Shown here piece by piece: positions 35,766 to 49,805 of a stretch of DNA of 64,000 bases (position 1 is its first letter; the number at the start of each line of letters is the position of its first letter). The stretch covers positions 1 through 64,000 of the forward strand of contig NIVC01002444.1 in NCBI GenBank assembly GCA_002269645.1, in the 5' to 3' direction. The notes under the pieces are model-generated. The model did not search any database. It was not told the origin of the DNA and saw only the letters and a program-made list of their open reading frames with translations. This DNA comes from Macrostomum lignano. Its lineage: Eukaryota. A program made the translations under genes and the position numbers.

Positions 35766-37364
35766 GATCTAAAAAACTGCTCTATCAAAGATCTCATTGC
35801 TCTGCGAAGTACCTTGATGATCCCAGCCAACAGCAATTGAATAGAAGATCAATGAGCTTCACTAAAAGCCAGATAGATACAATGCTGGCACATGCACTCA
35901 ATGAAGGTGTCGAATGAAGGCGCGGCACATGATCAAGTATGTCGTTGAAGCGCATCGCCCTTGCTATTAGCTATTAGGTAAAGCCGTTGCATGGCGTTGA
36001 GAAGCCAGCACTGAGGCCGGGGCAACATCCAGTTTGGTAACTTTTTGCTTGCTGCCGATGCCTTAATAGCGGAAGCTTGGCAGCGTATGTTTGCTCGCAT
36101 CGCTGCCGCGCACACGGATGCGGCTAAACACACATCAACACACTACTGGCGCATCAACGTGTTTGTGCTGATGCATTCCATTCATTGACGGCTAGTTTCA
36201 TTATATGGGGAGGGGGAGTGGCTGATGCGGCAGGACTTTTCGCAAATTCATTGGCATTAGCCCACAGGCCACATAGCAGCCGGAACTTGAAACACGGGCG
36301 CGTCGTGTCGCCCGTCCTTTGAAATTTGTGGGGCATTTAGCTTTGAGGGAGACTGGAATGCCCCCTCCCCGCAAGCAATCGCTTATTGTATGTGTGCACA
36401 CGGAGAGAGAAGGGCTGTCCTTACCGCGAAATCGCTAATGGGATATGGTGATGAGGCTGACAGGTAAATAATACTTGCTGACATTCAGCTGCCAACTCTC
36501 TCTCCACCTGTCTCTACTATCGTTTTACTGTCCTTGTATTCGCAGTTGCTAATGCAAATTGCTATAGGTCGGAAATCGCACAGTCCCAGGGCAACAATCT
36601 ATTTTGATTTCCAATCAGTTTTTTTGGTTTGTTTTCTTTTTAATAGAAAAATCGACTAAATTTAAGTCACTCTTCAGTGTCTGAGGCTGTAGATGGGTGC
36701 CCCTCCTGCCTCTCCTGCCCAGCTGGTAATTTGCCGGCACAATGCTACTCGCTGCTGGAAACCTCTGCCTCGCTATTGGTTGGCTGTCCTAGTGGAATTG
36801 TTGTGGGGAGAAGTATTTGGGGGGAGGGAGGGAGGAGTAACAGTAAAGGCTGTAGCAAAAGAATCCAAGCTTATGCTGCTCGCAGTCTGACTGAACAAAT
36901 TTGCCTTGTTGTGTAACTTCCAATCCATTGGCCCTTGTTCTGATTTATTCCCTATTTAATTCGTTGGACTTACCATTTTTTAAGTATTGATTCTCGTCTC
37001 GTCTACTCGACTTTCAATGAAATTTGACGCATCGAGCGAGCCAGTGAAATTTCAAACGGTCTGGTCAATCATTGTTTGATTAATTGGCAACATCAATTCT
37101 AACAGGTTCAGAGGCTATTTTACCTACTCCTGCATCCTGCCCGAGTTTGGGGTAAGACAGCTGGATAATGCGAGGCAATTAATCAAAATATTGATGTAAA
37201 TTGCATAATTACGAATATTGATCGTTGCAAATATTCGTTAATTTGCTGGTTCTTGTTGCCGTGTTTCTCATGTGTGAATTGGTCATTGGTTCACTATCTA
37301 CTCAAATTAGTGTCTACTTGAGCGTATCTTTTATCTCAATGTCCACTCCATTCTATTGTCTAGG

Positions 37365-39340
37365 ATGTCCCTTGGTTCACTGTCCACTCCGGATTGTCTA
37401 TGATGTCCCTTGGTTTACTGTCCACTCCGGATTGTCTATGATGTCCCTTGGTTCACTGTCCATTCCGGATTGTCTATGATGTCCCTTGGTTCACTGTCCA
37501 CTCCATCTGATTGTCTAAAATGTCCCTTGCTTCACTGTCCGATCCATCTGGTTGTCTAGGATGTCCCTTGCTTCACTGTCCGATCCATCTGGTTGTCTAG
37601 GATGTCCCATGGTTCACTGTCCGATCCATCTGGTTGTCTAGGATGTCCCATGGTTCACTGTCCGATCCATCTGGTTGTCTAGGATGTCCCTTGCTTCACT
37701 GTCCGATCCATCTGATTGTCTAGGATGTCCCATGGTTCACTGTCCACTCCATCTGATTGTCTAAAATGTCCCTTGCTTCACTGTCCGATTCATCTGGTTG
37801 TCTAGGATGTCCCTTGCTTCACTGTCCGATCCATCTGGTTGTCTAGGATGTCCCATGGTTCACTGTCCGATCCATCTGGTTGTCTAGGATGTCCTATGGT
37901 TCACTGTCCACTCCATCTGATTGTCTAAAATGTCCCTTGCTTCACTGTCCACTCCATCTGATTGTCTAAAATGTCCCATGGTTCACTGTCCGATCCATCT
38001 GGTTGTCTAGGATGTCCCATGGTTCACTGTCCGATCCATCTGGTTGTCTAGGATGTCCCATGGTTCACTGTCCGATCCATCTGGTTGTCTAGGATGTCCC
38101 ATGGTTCACTGTCCGATCCATCTGGTTGTCTAGGATGTCCCATGGTTCACTGTCCGATCCATCTGGTTGTCTAGGATGTCCTATGGTTCACTGTCCGATC
38201 CATCTGGCTGTCTAGGATGTCCCATGGTTCACTGTCCGATCCATCTGGTTGTCTAGGATGTCCCATGGTTCACTGTCCGATCCATCTGGTTGTCTAGGAT
38301 GTCCCATGGTTCACTGTCCGATCCATCTGGTTGTCTAGGATGTCCCTTGCTTCACTGTCCGATCCATCTGATTGTCTAGGATGTCCCATGGTTCACTGTC
38401 CACTCCATCTGATTGTCTAAAATGTCCCTTGCTTCACTGTCCGATTCATCTGGTTGTCTAGGATGTCCCTTGCTTCACTGTCCGATCCATCTGGTTGTCT
38501 AGGATGTCCCATGGTTCACTGTCCGATCCATCTGGTTGTCTAGGATGTCCTATGGTTCACTGTCCACTCCATCTGATTGTCTAAAATGTCCCTTGCTTCA
38601 CTGTCCACTCCATCTGATTGTCTAAAATGTCCCATGGTTCACTGTCCGATCCATCTGGTTGTCTAGGATGTCCCATGGTTCACTGTCCGATCCATCTGGT
38701 TGTCTAGGATGTCCCATGGTTCACTGTCCGATCCATCTGGTTGTCTAGGATGTCCCATGGTTCACTGTCCGATCCATCTGGTTGTCTAGGATGTCCCATG
38801 GTTCACTGTCCGATCCATCTGGTTGTCTAGGATGTCCTATGGTTCACTGTCCGATCCATCTGGCTGTCTAGGATGTCCCATGGTTCACTGTCCGATCCAT
38901 CTGGTTGTCTAGAATGTCCCATGGTTCACTGTCCGATCCATCTGGTTGTCTAGGATGTCCCATGGTTCACTGTCCGATCCATCTGGTTGTCTAGGATGTC
39001 CCATGGTTCACTGTCCGATCCATCTGGTTGTCTAGGATGTCCCATGGTTCACTGTCCGATCCATCTGGTTGTCTAGGATGTCCTATGGTTCACTGTCCGA
39101 TCCATCTGGTTGTCTAGGATGTCCCATGGTTCACTGTCCGATCCATCTGGTTGTCTAGGATGTCCCATGGTTCACTGTCCGATCCATCTGGTTGTCTAGG
39201 ATGTCCCATGGTTCACTGTCCGATCCATCTGGCTGTCTAGGATGTCCTATGGTTCACTGTCCGATCCATCTGGCTGTCTAGGATGTCCCATGGTTCACTG
39301 TCCGATCCATCTGGTTGTCTAGGATGTCCCATGGTTCACT
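37365..39340 (+). repeat. 41-bp minisatellite (atgtcccatggttcactgtccgatccatctggttgtctagg), about 48 copies
   Basis: Period 41; older 38-bp variants at the left edge. Confidence 0.96.
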
Positions 39341-40669
39341 GCACTGTCAATAACGTTCAAATCTGTAGTTCCATTTATTATATTGCCTCAGTCGATGGCC
39401 ACTTGTGTGACTACACTTTGCAGGCTTTTAGGAGTATATTTTAATCCTCGCGAGTTTCCAATTGACTTGAGCTGCTTTGGAGTCCCTATCACAATCTCGC
39501 GCTCCCTGATACTCCGTGTGTGAGCACACAATGTTGCTGCTGGCCTCGTGTGTTTTCTTCCCCACCAAGGGCGGGAACCAATTGGTATTAGTTAATAAAT
39601 CATACTTAAAGCACTTTATATGCAGGTTTTGCGTCTGCGAAATGAGCAAAGCGACGTCTGCGCAGCAGAACCTCGACCTAAATGTAATAATATGACTTGC
39701 AGCATACCGAATCCTTATTCTGTCTGTCGCAAGCTGCTCTCTGCTCGCTACCCCCCGCCATAGACTGAAGCAAAAATCAATGAGTCCAATCCCGTCCCTG
39801 CTCAATTCTGAATCCGCAGCCGGAAGTGAACCATTCCCCGTCGCAGAAAGTCTGTGTATGTACCTAAGACCCCTGTCTGTCCTGGCTAAAGCGAGTATTG
39901 GAGCTTGAGGTTATCACATTAAACTGCTACCAGTTGAGGCCGGGGTCGGCGCTGCTGACTGAATCTGCGGCTGCTGCAGCATGGCCTAGTCCGAACTATA
40001 TTGCATCGGATTGGATAAGATAAAAGCAAAGTTTTCTCCCCTACCCCCCTGCCCGGTCCTGTTGCGCCCCTGTTAACAGGAGCTTCCAACTCCATATACT
40101 TAGTTCCTTCGCAGTGCGCGGCACAGTTTAATCTTTCGGCCTGGTAGATCGGGGGGGGGGGGCTTGAAGGGAGGCGGTGGGCAGAAAAGAAAGAAAAATG
40201 TAAGCATGATCGCCCGGGCTGGCATGGATCGTGTGTCGGCAACATCGCTTTTCAGTGTGTAGTGTATGCTGTGTGTGTGTGTGTGCACAGCGAGCAAACA
40301 GCAAAGTGGCCGGAACACACCCTATTTTGGCTGCCGCTCTTCCATCCTGCCATCCTCGATTTCCCGAATGCCAGCCTCCGCTATAGAGATCCAATCCGGC
40401 GCCTCATCATCGCCCATTCTTTGCAACTGGCAGAACCCCGTGGCATACCATGTCTTCTAAACGTCCTAAACATTCGTATCAGTAGCTAAAATATGCACGT
40501 TTGGCGAAAGACAGTTTACAACTCCTTTTAATTAAGTATTTCAACTCGATTGGTTTTTCTAATGCCAGAGTGAAAGCTGGCGATTTCGATGGTAAGATGA
40601 GTGATGTCCTGAGTTGTTGTGTTAATACTATTGTGTACTTTCATTTAAAAGTTTTGTATGAAACTTGAT

Positions 40670-41785
40670 AAAACTGCTTCATTGATCAAACTGCAACTAC
40701 TGTTTATCAAACTCCAGCTACTGTTTAAACTCCAGCTACTGTTTATCAAACTCCAGCTACTGTTTAAACTCCAGCTACTGTTTATCAAACTCCAGCTACT
40801 GTTTATCAAACTCCAGCTACTGTTTAAACTCCAGCTACTGTTTATCAAACTCCAGCTACTGTTTATCAAACTCCAGCTACTGTTTATCAAACTCCAGCTA
40901 CTGTTTATCAAACTCCAGCTACTGTTTATCAAACTCTAGCTACTGTTTATCAAACTCCAGCTACTGTTTATCAAACTCCAGCTACTGTTTATCAAACTCC
41001 AGCTACTGTTTATCAAACTCCAGCTACTGTTTATCAAACTCCAGCTACTGTTTATCAAACTCCAGCTACTGTTTATTAAACTCCGGCTACTGTTTATCAA
41101 ACTCCAGCTACTGTTTATTAAACTCCAGCTACTGTTTATCAAACTCCAGCTACTGTTTATCAAACTCCAGCTACTGTTTATCAAACTCCAGCTACTGTTT
41201 ATCAAACTCTAGCTACTGTTTATCAAACTCCAGCTACTGTTTATCAAACTCCAGCTACTGTTTAAACTCCAGCTACTGTTTATCAAACTCCAGGTACTGT
41301 TTATCAAACTCCAGCTACTGTTTATCAAACTCCAGCTACTGTTTATCAAACTCCAGCTACTGTTTATCAAACTCCAGCTACTGTTTATCAAACTCCAGCT
41401 ACTGTTTATCAAACTCCAGCTACTGTTTATCAAACTCCAGCTACTGTTTATCAAACTCCAGCTACTGTTTATCAAACTCCAGCTACTGTTTATCAAACTC
41501 CAGCTACTGTTTATCAAACTCTAGCTACTGTTTATCAAACTCCAGCTACTGTTTATCAAACTCTAGCTACTGTTTATCAAACTCCAGCTACTGTTTATCA
41601 AACTCTAGCTACTGTTTATCAAACTCCAGCTACTGTTTATCAAACTCCAGCTACTGTTTAAACTCCAGCTACTGTTTATCAAACTCCAGCTACTGTTTAT
41701 CAAACTCCAGCTACTGTTTATCAAACTCCAGCTACTGTTTATCAAACTCCAGCTACTGTTTATCAAACTCCAGCTACTGTTTATA
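40670..41785 (+). repeat. 21-bp minisatellite (aaactccagctactgtttatc), about 53 copies
   Basis: Tandem periodicity. Confidence 0.96.
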
Positions 41786-42999
41786 TAACAGACTGGCGCC
41801 ACTTCTGTACACCTGTTTTTCTCATAGCCGTGGCTATATTATTCTTAGGTTTCGGGCCACTTTTCTTGATCCAGAATGCCACGGTCGCAAAATGCGCTGC
41901 TGCTTTTGACGCAATATTTATCTACCGACGCTGGATATTCTATCCCTATTTGGCAGGTTTTTCCTCTCTTTTTTGTCTCTTACCTTCTCTCAGTTTTACT
42001 CGACATTGAAGCCGAGCAACAAACTTGGTCTTGGTCTGCCTCAGCCAAGCTACCGCTTAAACAGTAGGAATTCGATCCCCGAGCTCTTGATGGTGGGTGC
42101 CGCGCAATTTGCCACCTAGCTAAGCCCTTCTCTCTGTGCTGCTTAACGCTTGCTAGCACGTATTGGCTCCTCCCCATTTTTTTCTCGGTTGTTGCTCAAG
42201 TTCCCCACAATTTGGCCTTGGCTCAGCTCCTCCCCCCCGACTCAGCCGGCATTGTGGCATTGTTGTTGGTGTCTGTGTCTCACCGTACCACTACCCGCGC
42301 TCTGTTTGACACGGGCTCCACCCTCGCGTTTTAAAAACCGCACCAGGGCCAGTAGACTGGGAAAGAATAGGGACCGGGCTGTGAATAAAAGGCGCTCAAC
42401 ACCCCTCCTTTTTCATCCTATTTCATTTCTCGCCTCCGCCTCAAGCCAATTCCGAGCAGCTCACCGATCCATTGAACCGCCTCTGACTGACAGCTGAGAC
42501 TACAAAAGAGAATCTCTCTAGCTCTGTGCTCTTGTGTTTTCGCCTCAGCAGCTAGGCAGCTAGTAGTGTCGGGGGAACCAACTGAAACAATGAATAGCCC
42601 GGATAGTCGGTATAGCGCCTAGGGACGCCCAGGGAAGGGGGTGGAGAATTTTGGGAATAAGAATAAAAAACAACACAGCTAGTCAGCTGAAATTTCAGCA
42701 CTGGATCTCCGGCTAGGCTGGGTCTGTTCGAAGCTTTAAACTAAAAAAATGGGCCACTTTTTATTGAGAAAAATAGCCGGGTGCCAAACTCTTGCATCGT
42801 TAGCCACCCGTTCGCGTTACGGAATGGCGCAGTCAGTCTGACCGTATCGATTCCCTCTGTTGCCTCTGTTCAGTTTACCTGCCTGTTTTCCTATTCCCAA
42901 GGATTACTTGCAGAGGCTTACAGATCTTAATACTCTTTAGATGCAGTCATTGTATAGTCATAGTCATGCCACTCGTATGGTCATTGTATGATCATGCCG

Positions 43000-43850
43000 C
43001 TCCTTGGGTTACTTTATGATCCTACTTTAAGATCCTACCACTTCTTATGGTCATTGTATGATCCTACCACTTCTGTGGTCATTTTATGATCCTACCACTT
43101 CTGTGGTCATTTTATGATCCTACCATTCTTGTGGTCATTGTATGATCCTACCATTCTTGTGGTCATTGTATGATCCTACCACTCTTGTGGTCATTTTATT
43201 ATCCTACCACTTCTGTGGTCATTTAATGATCCTACCACTTCTTATGGTCATTGTATGATCCTACCACTTCTGTGGTCATTGTATGATCCTACCATTCTTG
43301 TGGTCATTTTATGATCCTACCACTTCTTATGGTCATTGTATGATCCTACCATTCTTGTGGTCATTGTATAATCCTACCATTATTGTGGTAATTGTATGAT
43401 CCTACCATTCTTGTGGTCATTTTCTGATCCTAGCATTCTTGTGGTCATTTTATGATCCTACCACTTCTGTGGTCATTTTATGATCCTACCATTCTTGTGG
43501 TCATTTTATGATCCTACCACTTCTGTGGTCATTTTATGATCCTACCATTATTGTGGTCATTGTAAGATACTACCTTTCTTGTGGTCATTTTCTGATCCTA
43601 GCATTCTTGTGGTCATTTTATGATCCTACCACTTCTGTGGTCATTTTATGATCCTTCCACTTCTTATGGTCATTGTATGATCCTACCATTCTTGTGGTCA
43701 TTTTATGATCCTACCACTTCTGTGGTCATTTTATGATCCTACCATTCTTGTGGTCATTTTATGATCCTACCACTTCTGTGGTCATTTTATGATCCTACCA
43801 TTCTTGTGGTCATTGTATGATCCTACCACTCTCGTGGTCATTTTATGATC
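43000..43850 (+). repeat. 27-28-bp minisatellite (atgatcctaccacttctgtggtcattt), about 30 copies
   Basis: Tandem periodicity with variant units. Confidence 0.92.
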
Positions 43851-46749
43851 CATTGTTGCCATTGCTTTCAGTGTTCGGCTACATCCACGACCCTGCAGTG
43901 AAATATTATTTTCCCTTCCTCTGTTTAGCTTGCCGCCATCATACACAGGCTTAGTCCCAGGAAAGTGACAGTGTTGCCTCTGTACCGGATAAACTACGCC
44001 TTTCTCCTACTCACAACTAACTCTCTGCGGCTGCACTAAGCAAGGCATTAACTAAAGCAGCAAAAAGTGGGAAACAAAGATGGAGAATGAATGAATGAAT
44101 GAATGGCTAAGACATAGCAGCCGATTGCTAAAGGTGCGGTTGTTGCGACTGAGGTGGGAAAGGCAGTTAACACAGGGGTGTTGCAGTGACGCCTTGTGAA
44201 AAACTGTCACGGCGTCTTCTCAGTGCCGACTTCAGGCCCAGCAGCAGCAACAGCAGCCTACTGTATGCGCTGACGCGCCCTCTTTACTTCACATTACACC
44301 ATTTTCTTATGCTTAGCTTTCCTCCGTTCTGTTCTTCTGTCTCTGCCCCTTCCAAATAATACCTTCCCTTTCTTTGAGGCTCAGGATGCCGGACGCTCCG
44401 CGCCAGCTTCAGAACTACTATAATAGCTTAGCTACTACTAATGCAACGCGATGCCACCCAAGCGGAGGGTGTGAAGCTGCGGAACAGGCTACGATAATGG
44501 AGAGAGTGCCCTGCTCTCATCCCAACTCAGTAGTAGTTAGTAGTGGTTAGTAGTTTTCCTCTAACCTGCTTCCCTTTGTGAAAAAATAGCACCTATACAC
44601 GCGAGGAGAGAATGGAGGAAGGGGATGGCGCATGAAGCACTGGTGGCATTGTTTTCAGCCCGACAGTCCTTAACACGCCGCACAGGTGAGGGTACTGGAA
44701 CTGCCGCTGGCGCCGGCCCACTTTGCACCTGCATCTCATTGTCGCTCTTCTCCTCACACCTCCGTATACCAAATTCTCTATTTCTTTCTTCTCTTTCACG
44801 CCTGTCAGCAGATGCTGCTTCAATTCCACTGAGGGTGTTGGGGACTTAACGAGTTGCGCGTTGCCTCCCCTAGCTTAAAATCCCTCACTCACTCTCCCTT
44901 TCTCTCATTTCTCTGTCTGTCTTTCTCTCTCTCGGCATTTGAGAGGCTCCTCTTCCCACACAGAACTTATGTGCTCCCGGGGCCGGCTAACTAGAAGGAT
45001 CTGCTGCCGCTGCTGTGCGTCGCCCCCTTCTATTTCGCTCTCAACTTCACGTCGGTCCGTTCTCCCATTGGCGTGTACATACGCATGCAAAAGGCTGCGT
45101 GAGAATGGCATGTAGGCATGCGCGCGCCAGTGTGTAGGTGGCAATTTTCTGTTTGTTTTTTACCGCTTCCGCCTGGAGAGAGAGGCAGCTTTTGTAGCCA
45201 AGAGGTGGGAGGTAAACTGGGGTCTGAGAGGAAGAAAGTAAAAGTGAGAGTAAAAGAGGAAGTAGTGGGAAGGTAGGCAAAAAAGAGAAAAAGAGAATTA
45301 AAGCATGAGAAAGGTAGAAAGGTGCGAAACATGAGCATATAGTCGTCAGTTTCTTCTCTTACAGTTCAGCCGTACCTTGTATGCTGATTTTTTGCCTGAT
45401 TAGAAGGCAAAGTGCTTCCAAAATTAATTTGGAAGTATGCATTAGTGTGCGAGAATTAAGAGACGCAATTTTCTATGTAAGCTTCATGGCAGCGTTATGT
45501 ACTTGATAGATTTGATTGTTTCCTGTTCTGATTAGTGTTTACAGGACAGCCGCAGATGTAGACAGTAAAGTTTATGAATATTTTATTGTAGATCCCGAAG
45601 GTTGGGGGTTTCAATTAAAATACCCAAATTTACCATCGTCTAAAAGCGTCTTATGAGACCTAAATTTCACAAGACCTAAAGTTTTTCAGACCTAAATTTC
45701 ACAACACCTATAAAGTGTATGAGACCTAAATTTCACAAGACCTAAAGTTTATGAGAGGTCTGAGAGGTTTATGAGACCTAAATTTACAATTGTCAAGAAA
45801 TTTCTATCATTCACTTTTAGGAAAACTTTAGACAATACGAATTTTTTGAGCGATATTGTGAAATTTAGGCCTTGTCAAGTTTCTGTGTTATGAAAAAAGT
45901 GTAGGTTATGTGATGGGAAATTTAGATTTTGTGAAAACTGAAGGCGCGAGGCTGCTGATGAACGAGAAAAAACACATAGGAAGTTTCATTTTATGAATAG
46001 TAAATCGTAACGTCTTTTAGGGGGAATAATTCGACCTTCCCGAAGGCGTCTTCGAATAACTTGGAAGAGCGTTTTCGGAGCCGAACTTTTGCTGTGCAAA
46101 GTTTAGAGCGAAGCTGTAGCATTTGGAACGGATGCAAGCATTCATGATAGGCTCGTAGTGATACGCTTGGCATTTCCCTTTTACTGACTCCGTTGATCTG
46201 CATAGGTTATAATTGGGTCTTTATCTAGCACTAAATGATGCTTATAAATGCTGTGTATATTACTGTTATATCGTTTTCTCTTAGCTAACCATTGCCTCAA
46301 TACTGTCTTCTAGAAGAAGTTGCGTAGAAGTGGCTGCGCAGTTTTAACTTTGCGGGCTTAAGCAAAATTTTAGCGACTATATTTATGGCATCTAGACGTA
46401 GCTTAAAAAACTCAGGTGGGAGGCATCAAACTCCATCTAGCAACCGATTATGATTGTCTGGTCTCTTGGGGCTTTTACGAGTATTGTTGTTCTTTTCTGC
46501 CTTGCGAAGATACGAACTTCTGGTGACTAAGGTCTACTGCCGAATAACAATAAAATTAGAAAAAATTATTATTCTTCCTCTAATAGCGGGAATATACCGT
46601 TCAAGACTTCCATACCACAAATTCCAAGGCCTAATATCTTGATCGCAGAATCTAGGATCCCAGTCCTTATATACCGATCGAAACTCGGAGACCTTAGATC
46701 AAATTTATGATTTCTGTCCAGGCCTGTAGTCCTGATTCTGGGAACTGAG

Positions 46750-47075
46750 ATCCCGATTCCAGACACTGAGATCCCAATTTGAACACCGAGATCCCGCGAT
46801 TTCAAAGCTTGCGATCCCGATTTCAAACACCGAGATCCTGATTCCGGACACCGAGATCCCGGGATTTCAAAGCTTTTAATCCGATTTCGGACACCAAGAT
46901 CCCGATTTCGGACACCGAGATCCCAATTTCGGACACAGATCCCGATTTCAAAGCTTGTGATCTCGATTTCAAAGCTTTTGATCCCGACTCCAGACACCGA
47001 GATCCCAATTCTGGACGCAGAGATCCCGATTTCAAGGCTTGTGATCCCGATTCCAAAAATCAAGATCCCAATCCC
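46750..47075 (+). repeat. Degenerate repeat built on gagatcccgatt(t)c
   Basis: Recurring atccc motif with irregular spacing. Confidence 0.7.
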
Positions 47076-48071
47076 GAATCATATGAACTAATTTAGAAAA
47101 TTTTCCAAGCAAAATCTACTTTTAAAAAGTTGGCTTTCTGGTCAGTGAGAATCCGAGCCGAACAAGGGAGCAATCAGGCAGCAGTTAAAATAGAGAAAAA
47201 AGCGCGAACGCAGTTCCGGCCATTTTTTCCTTTTGGATTCTTCAACTGGGAGGCTCTAGGATATTTTTTGTCAGCCTCTTTAGTTTTGTTCCTGTTAGTT
47301 TCTGCCGCGGTAGAAGAAAATTCGAGCAACAGTTGCGGATGACGCGGACCCGGTTTTGACGGGCACGCCAAGCAGATTGTGCACTTTCAAAGTATTTTTA
47401 AATGGCCGCGGAGAGTGTACTTTCGTATATCTTAACTCTCACTTTCTTGCAATATGAAACTGGTTTATTGTGTGCAGTCTGTAAATAATGTGTCGCTAGC
47501 TTTGGTTGATTCAATGATTGGGAGTTCTCGGAAAGCATAGGGATCCACAAGTTTTAGGTTTGTATGCTGTTTTGAAGAGGGTCCAAACGATCCAAGGTCC
47601 AAAGTCTATAGGTCCAAAGGTCCAGAGGACCCTTAACACTGAGCCTCTCTGATTCATAGAATTTGCACAAGTCTGCTGACTCCATGTTCATGGATTGCTC
47701 AAATATGAAGATTGATAAAAATCTATAAATCCCAAATAATTATAGAATCATTGATGTTTTAAATGAAATATGAATTAAAAAACAAATTGAAGCTTTAAAA
47801 GTTCTATATACTTTGGAACAACGTTGACACCAAAGCAACGGTTTCTCTCCTTGAGCAAATTAAGCGGGGCTCCAGATAATGTTGGAACTTCCTTCCTGAA
47901 GCTTTGTAATTGAGAATTCGAAAGTAGTTTCTTACTGTATTCCTATCTGCTCATATCGCCATCATAAGGGAAAATTACTGCCTTGTCTGACCTCCTCGCT
48001 GGCTCCGATGTGTCAATCAGCTCTGTTGCTTGGTGGCGTGGTGAGCTCACAAACTTGTTGGACGTAATGCA

Positions 48072-48370
<299 letters not shown>

Positions 48371-48579
48371 GCTGGCTGTTGACTCAGAAACAGTTTCTTT
48401 TAACAACCGTGTTTCGAATATAGGAACGGGTATAGTCGGAGGAGGGCGTCTGCTTAGCAAGCACCGAAGCTAGTGCTTGCGTGGACCGTGGCTTAAAATG
48501 CTCATTGTTCAGCGCTTTTCTTTATTGAATGGTCATTCTCTCCTAATGATCTGGGCTTCTGTCTCTGTTCTTGCATTTT

Positions 48580-49290
48580 CTCCCCCCTCTTGTCTCAGTC
48601 TCACCCTCCTCTTGTCTTGGCCTCCTCCCCCTATTGTCTCTCAATCTCCCCCCTCTTGTCTCAGTCTCCTCCCTTTCTTGTCTCAGTCTCCTCCCTCTCT
48701 TGTCTCAGTCTCCTCCCCCTCTTGTCTCAGTCTCCTCCCCCTCTTGTCTCAGTCTCCTCCCTTTCTTGTCTCAGTCTCCTTCCCCTCTTGTCTCAGTCTC
48801 CTCCCTCTCTTGTCTCAGTCTCCTCCCCCTCTTGTCTCAGTCTCCTCCCTCTCTTGTCTCAGTCTCCTCCCCCTCTTGTCTCAGTCTCCTCCCTCTCTTG
48901 TCTCAGTCTCCTCCCTCTCTTGTCTCAGTCTCCTCCCCCTCTTGTCTCAGTCTCCTCCCCCTCTTGTCTCAGTCTCCTCCCTCTCTTGTCTCAGTCTCCT
49001 CCCCCTCTTGTCTCAGTCTCCTCCCTCTCTTGTCTCAGTCTCCTCCCCCTCTTGTCTCAGTCTCCTCCCTCTCTTGTCTCAGTCTCCTCCCCCTCTTGTC
49101 TCAGTCTCCTCCCTCTCTTGTCTCAGTCTCCTCCCTCTCTTGTCTCAGTCTCCTCCTCCTCTTGTCTCAGTCTCCTCCCCCTCTTGTCTCAGTCTCCTCC
49201 CTTTCTTGTCTCAGTCTCCTTCCCCTTTTGTCTCAGTCTCTTCCCCCTGTTGTCTCAGTCTCCTCCCTCTCTTGTCTCAGTCTCCTCCCT
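48580..49290 (+). repeat. 22-bp pyrimidine-rich minisatellite (cttgtctcagtctcctcccYct), about 32 copies
   Basis: Period 22. Confidence 0.93.
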
Positions 49291-49539
49291 CTCCGCTTTC
49301 TCTCGTGTTTATCTCCTCCCCATTTCTTGTGAAATAAAAAACATTCTCCACAATTTTTACTCCGATAACCCCAGCCATACTACTTGCAGCACTACTAATA
49401 AACTTTATAAACTTTACGGTTTCCTCTTTCTGTTCAGAGTGTCGTATCCAATGAGACGCGGGATCAGTAACCAATTCCGTCTGCATTGAGGCTCTGTCCT
49501 ACTGCTCTTTCCTTCTTTTTTTGGCCGACGCATCTGTTC

Positions 49540-49805
49540 GCTTTTGGGCAAAGCAGCGCGAATCGATCCGCCAGTCCAATCTGATTGGCTGCGCCTCTCT
49601 GCTTCTCCCGCGGCCTCCCTTTTTATTGAGTCGCTCGCTTCCTTCGTCTTCATCATTTTCAGCCTTCTCCCTCCTTCAATCGGCAATTATTTCTGTCGGC
49701 TTCCATCTGCCTGTGCCTCTCTCAGCCGTTTCTTCTTTGCCAGTTTGAACACTTCAGAATTAATTTATAGTTGAGGAAGACGCCGGCTGAACCTCGCCAA
49801 AGGTA
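49540..49805 (+). promoter_or_regulatory. Candidate promoter and 5' non-coding exon of TCF
   Basis: CCAAT boxes on both strands (ccaatctgattgg), a donor-like aag|gtaact near 49803, and an acceptor ttgcag| at 51276 ahead of the ATG. Inference only. Confidence 0.25.
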
